Positions 62,301-64,000 of a stretch of 64,000 bases of DNA are shown here, in pieces. The DNA lies in contig CM060734.1 in the NCBI GenBank assembly GCA_030704615.1, positions 17,236,001 through 17,300,000 on the forward strand, read 5' to 3'. The DNA is from Takakia lepidozioides. Its lineage: Eukaryota; Plantae; Bryophyta. The position numbers and the translations under genes are program-made. The notes under the pieces are model-generated. The model did not search any database. It was not told the DNA's origin and saw nothing but the letters and a program-made list of their open reading frames with translations. Each line of letters starts with the position of its first letter. The first letter of the stretch is position 1.

Positions 62301-64000
62301 GCCTTCCAGCCGCATCTCTGCAACCTGCTCCCACTCTGGGTGTGCAGCAAACAGGGTAGCTTCCTGCTCCTCATCCAGTCCTCCTCTCCAGTCATACTCT
62401 CTGACCCCTCGAGGTCTTCTCGTAGCAGGTAATCTACTAGATTTCTTTGTGGTAATTTGTATCTCTGCATCCCATTATGCACGGTTAGTAACTGAGAATT
62501 CCAGTCATGGAATACCCTGGCCTGTTTCAGCCACGGACGTCCCAATAATAAGGAGTAAGCCTCCATGACTTCATCCATCTTCAACACAGTTACTGTGATC
62601 ATAAAGATCATCTTTTGTATCTGTATCTTAACTCCTCTTATTAATCCCAATGGCTGTACACTTCTTTGATCTGCCATTGTTACTGTAAATGGGGCTGGTT
62701 TCATGTTACTTAGACCAAGCTTCTTTCTTAATTGGTCTGTCATGATATTTACTCCAGAGCCTCCATCTATCAGTACATCAGTTAGTTCTGTGCTTCCAAT
62801 TCTCAATTGGATTACTGGCATAGAATCATCAAAGTCCATGACTGTTTCTCGCCCTTCCGGCTTCACATTATAACTGGTCACCTTGCTGTTCAGGTCTGTG
62901 TTTCCTGTCTCCTGGGCAATTCGATTGATTGCTTGATACAGCCTGTGTCTACAATAAGGTGCCACAGCCAATAGCTGTCCAATGGTAATCTCTGCTTTGG
63001 TCTGGCATATTACTTCAGCCAAAGTCCCTTCATTACTCTGCATGTCTGCATCTTCTTTCTTCCTTTCATCCTCACTCACTTCTTCTTCTCCATCAGAATC
63101 AGAGGAATCTGCCACAGGAATATCAGTACTCTTCTGCATTTCCCTTATGGTATCTGCCACTTCCTTGTGCAGTTCCTTCTCATCTCTCCAAGCCTCATCA
63201 TCTTCAGGCATATCACTGCCACCTTCATTATCATCCTCTTCCTCAACTACTGGAGGTATTAGTTTGGCTTTGCTTCTTGTTACTATCATTGTACTTACTT
63301 CTGGTACAACACATGGCCTAACCATGTGAGCTGCCACCACTGGGCCCTCATTCACAGGAGCTCTCATCTCATTCTGGTGTCTAATCCAGAATGAACAGGC
63401 TGCCTTGCGATGTCCTGGCTGATTACAATAGTAACATAGTTCTTCACCATTGGGTCCTCGCCCTTGGTCTGCTCTTGGATTATTTCTGTAATCCTGATTC
63501 CCGGGCTGGTAATTCCCCCTTGGATTACCCTGATAGTTGCCTCTGGAATTTCCTTGGTAATTCCCTCTTGAATTACCTCTCCCTTCCATGCCATTGTTAT
63601 AACCACCAGACCTACCATAGTGGTCCTGATCATTGTTTCTTCTTGGCTGGGGCTGCACCTGATGCACCCTTACTTGCCTAGGTTCTCTTGCAACTGTCCT
63701 TCTGTTGTAGTAACAATTCTCAGTAGAATGGTTATCCATTTTACAGATAGTACAGTGTTTCTCCTTCATGTGGCATTCTGTGGTGGTATGGCCTTCATTC
63801 TGGCACTTTGCACACCATACACCCTTCCTCCAATGTGTTGCAGCCTCTGTGGCATACTTCTTCAAGATTTCTTCCAATCTTTTCTCATAGTTATCCCTCT
63901 TCAACTTCTCCTTTCTCTTACTCTTCCTTTTAGTTCTTGCTCTTCTTCTTCATCTGACTCATCCTCAGAGTCCTCATCATCCCTTTTCTCTCTCCTGAGC
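59400..64000 (-). pseudogene. pol: gag-pol of element C (frameshifts; in-frame RT deletion)
   Basis: ORFs 62297-63904, 60021-62102 and 59608-60078 with canonical Ty3/Gypsy motifs. Confidence 0.93.

Larger units (their letters stand above)
55189..64000 (-). mobile_element. Athila-like Ty3/Gypsy element C (5' end outside window)
   Basis: gag with three zinc knuckles, LIDGGSG protease, RT/RNase H/integrase, spacer, extra 3' ORF. Confidence 0.93.

Overview
Eukaryotic, green-plant-like, transposon-dense DNA with no intact host gene. Spliceosomal GT-AG introns and a plant-type RPL32 fragment support this; the organism cannot be determined. (1) Four copies or remnants (1-11992, 35196-39468, ~40500-44790, 46350-55185) of a two-gene Mutator-like DNA transposon. 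One gene is a GCM-like zinc domain/DDE/SWIM transposase. It is head-to-head with a multi-exon gene fusing a ParB/Srx-like domain to a beta-class N6A/N4C-type DNA methyltransferase-like domain. The non-coding DNA and introns carry copy-specific ~20-30 bp palindromes sharing a CG-N-CG-N-CG core. This is the best candidate for an undescribed system. (2) A Ty3/Gypsy element with a DNMT3-like C5 cytosine methyltransferase between protease and RT, and a C-terminal PHD finger. (3) Three Athila-like Ty3/Gypsy elements with a large extra 3' ORF. (4) A tRNA-derived SINE with a 12-bp TSD, probable LINE fragments, an RPL32 pseudogene fragment, and a ~5.5-kb inversion (49696-55185) whose two breakpoints can be rejoined. 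Nearly all coding regions carry stops or frameshifts. Domain calls come from motif recognition by eye, not from database searches.
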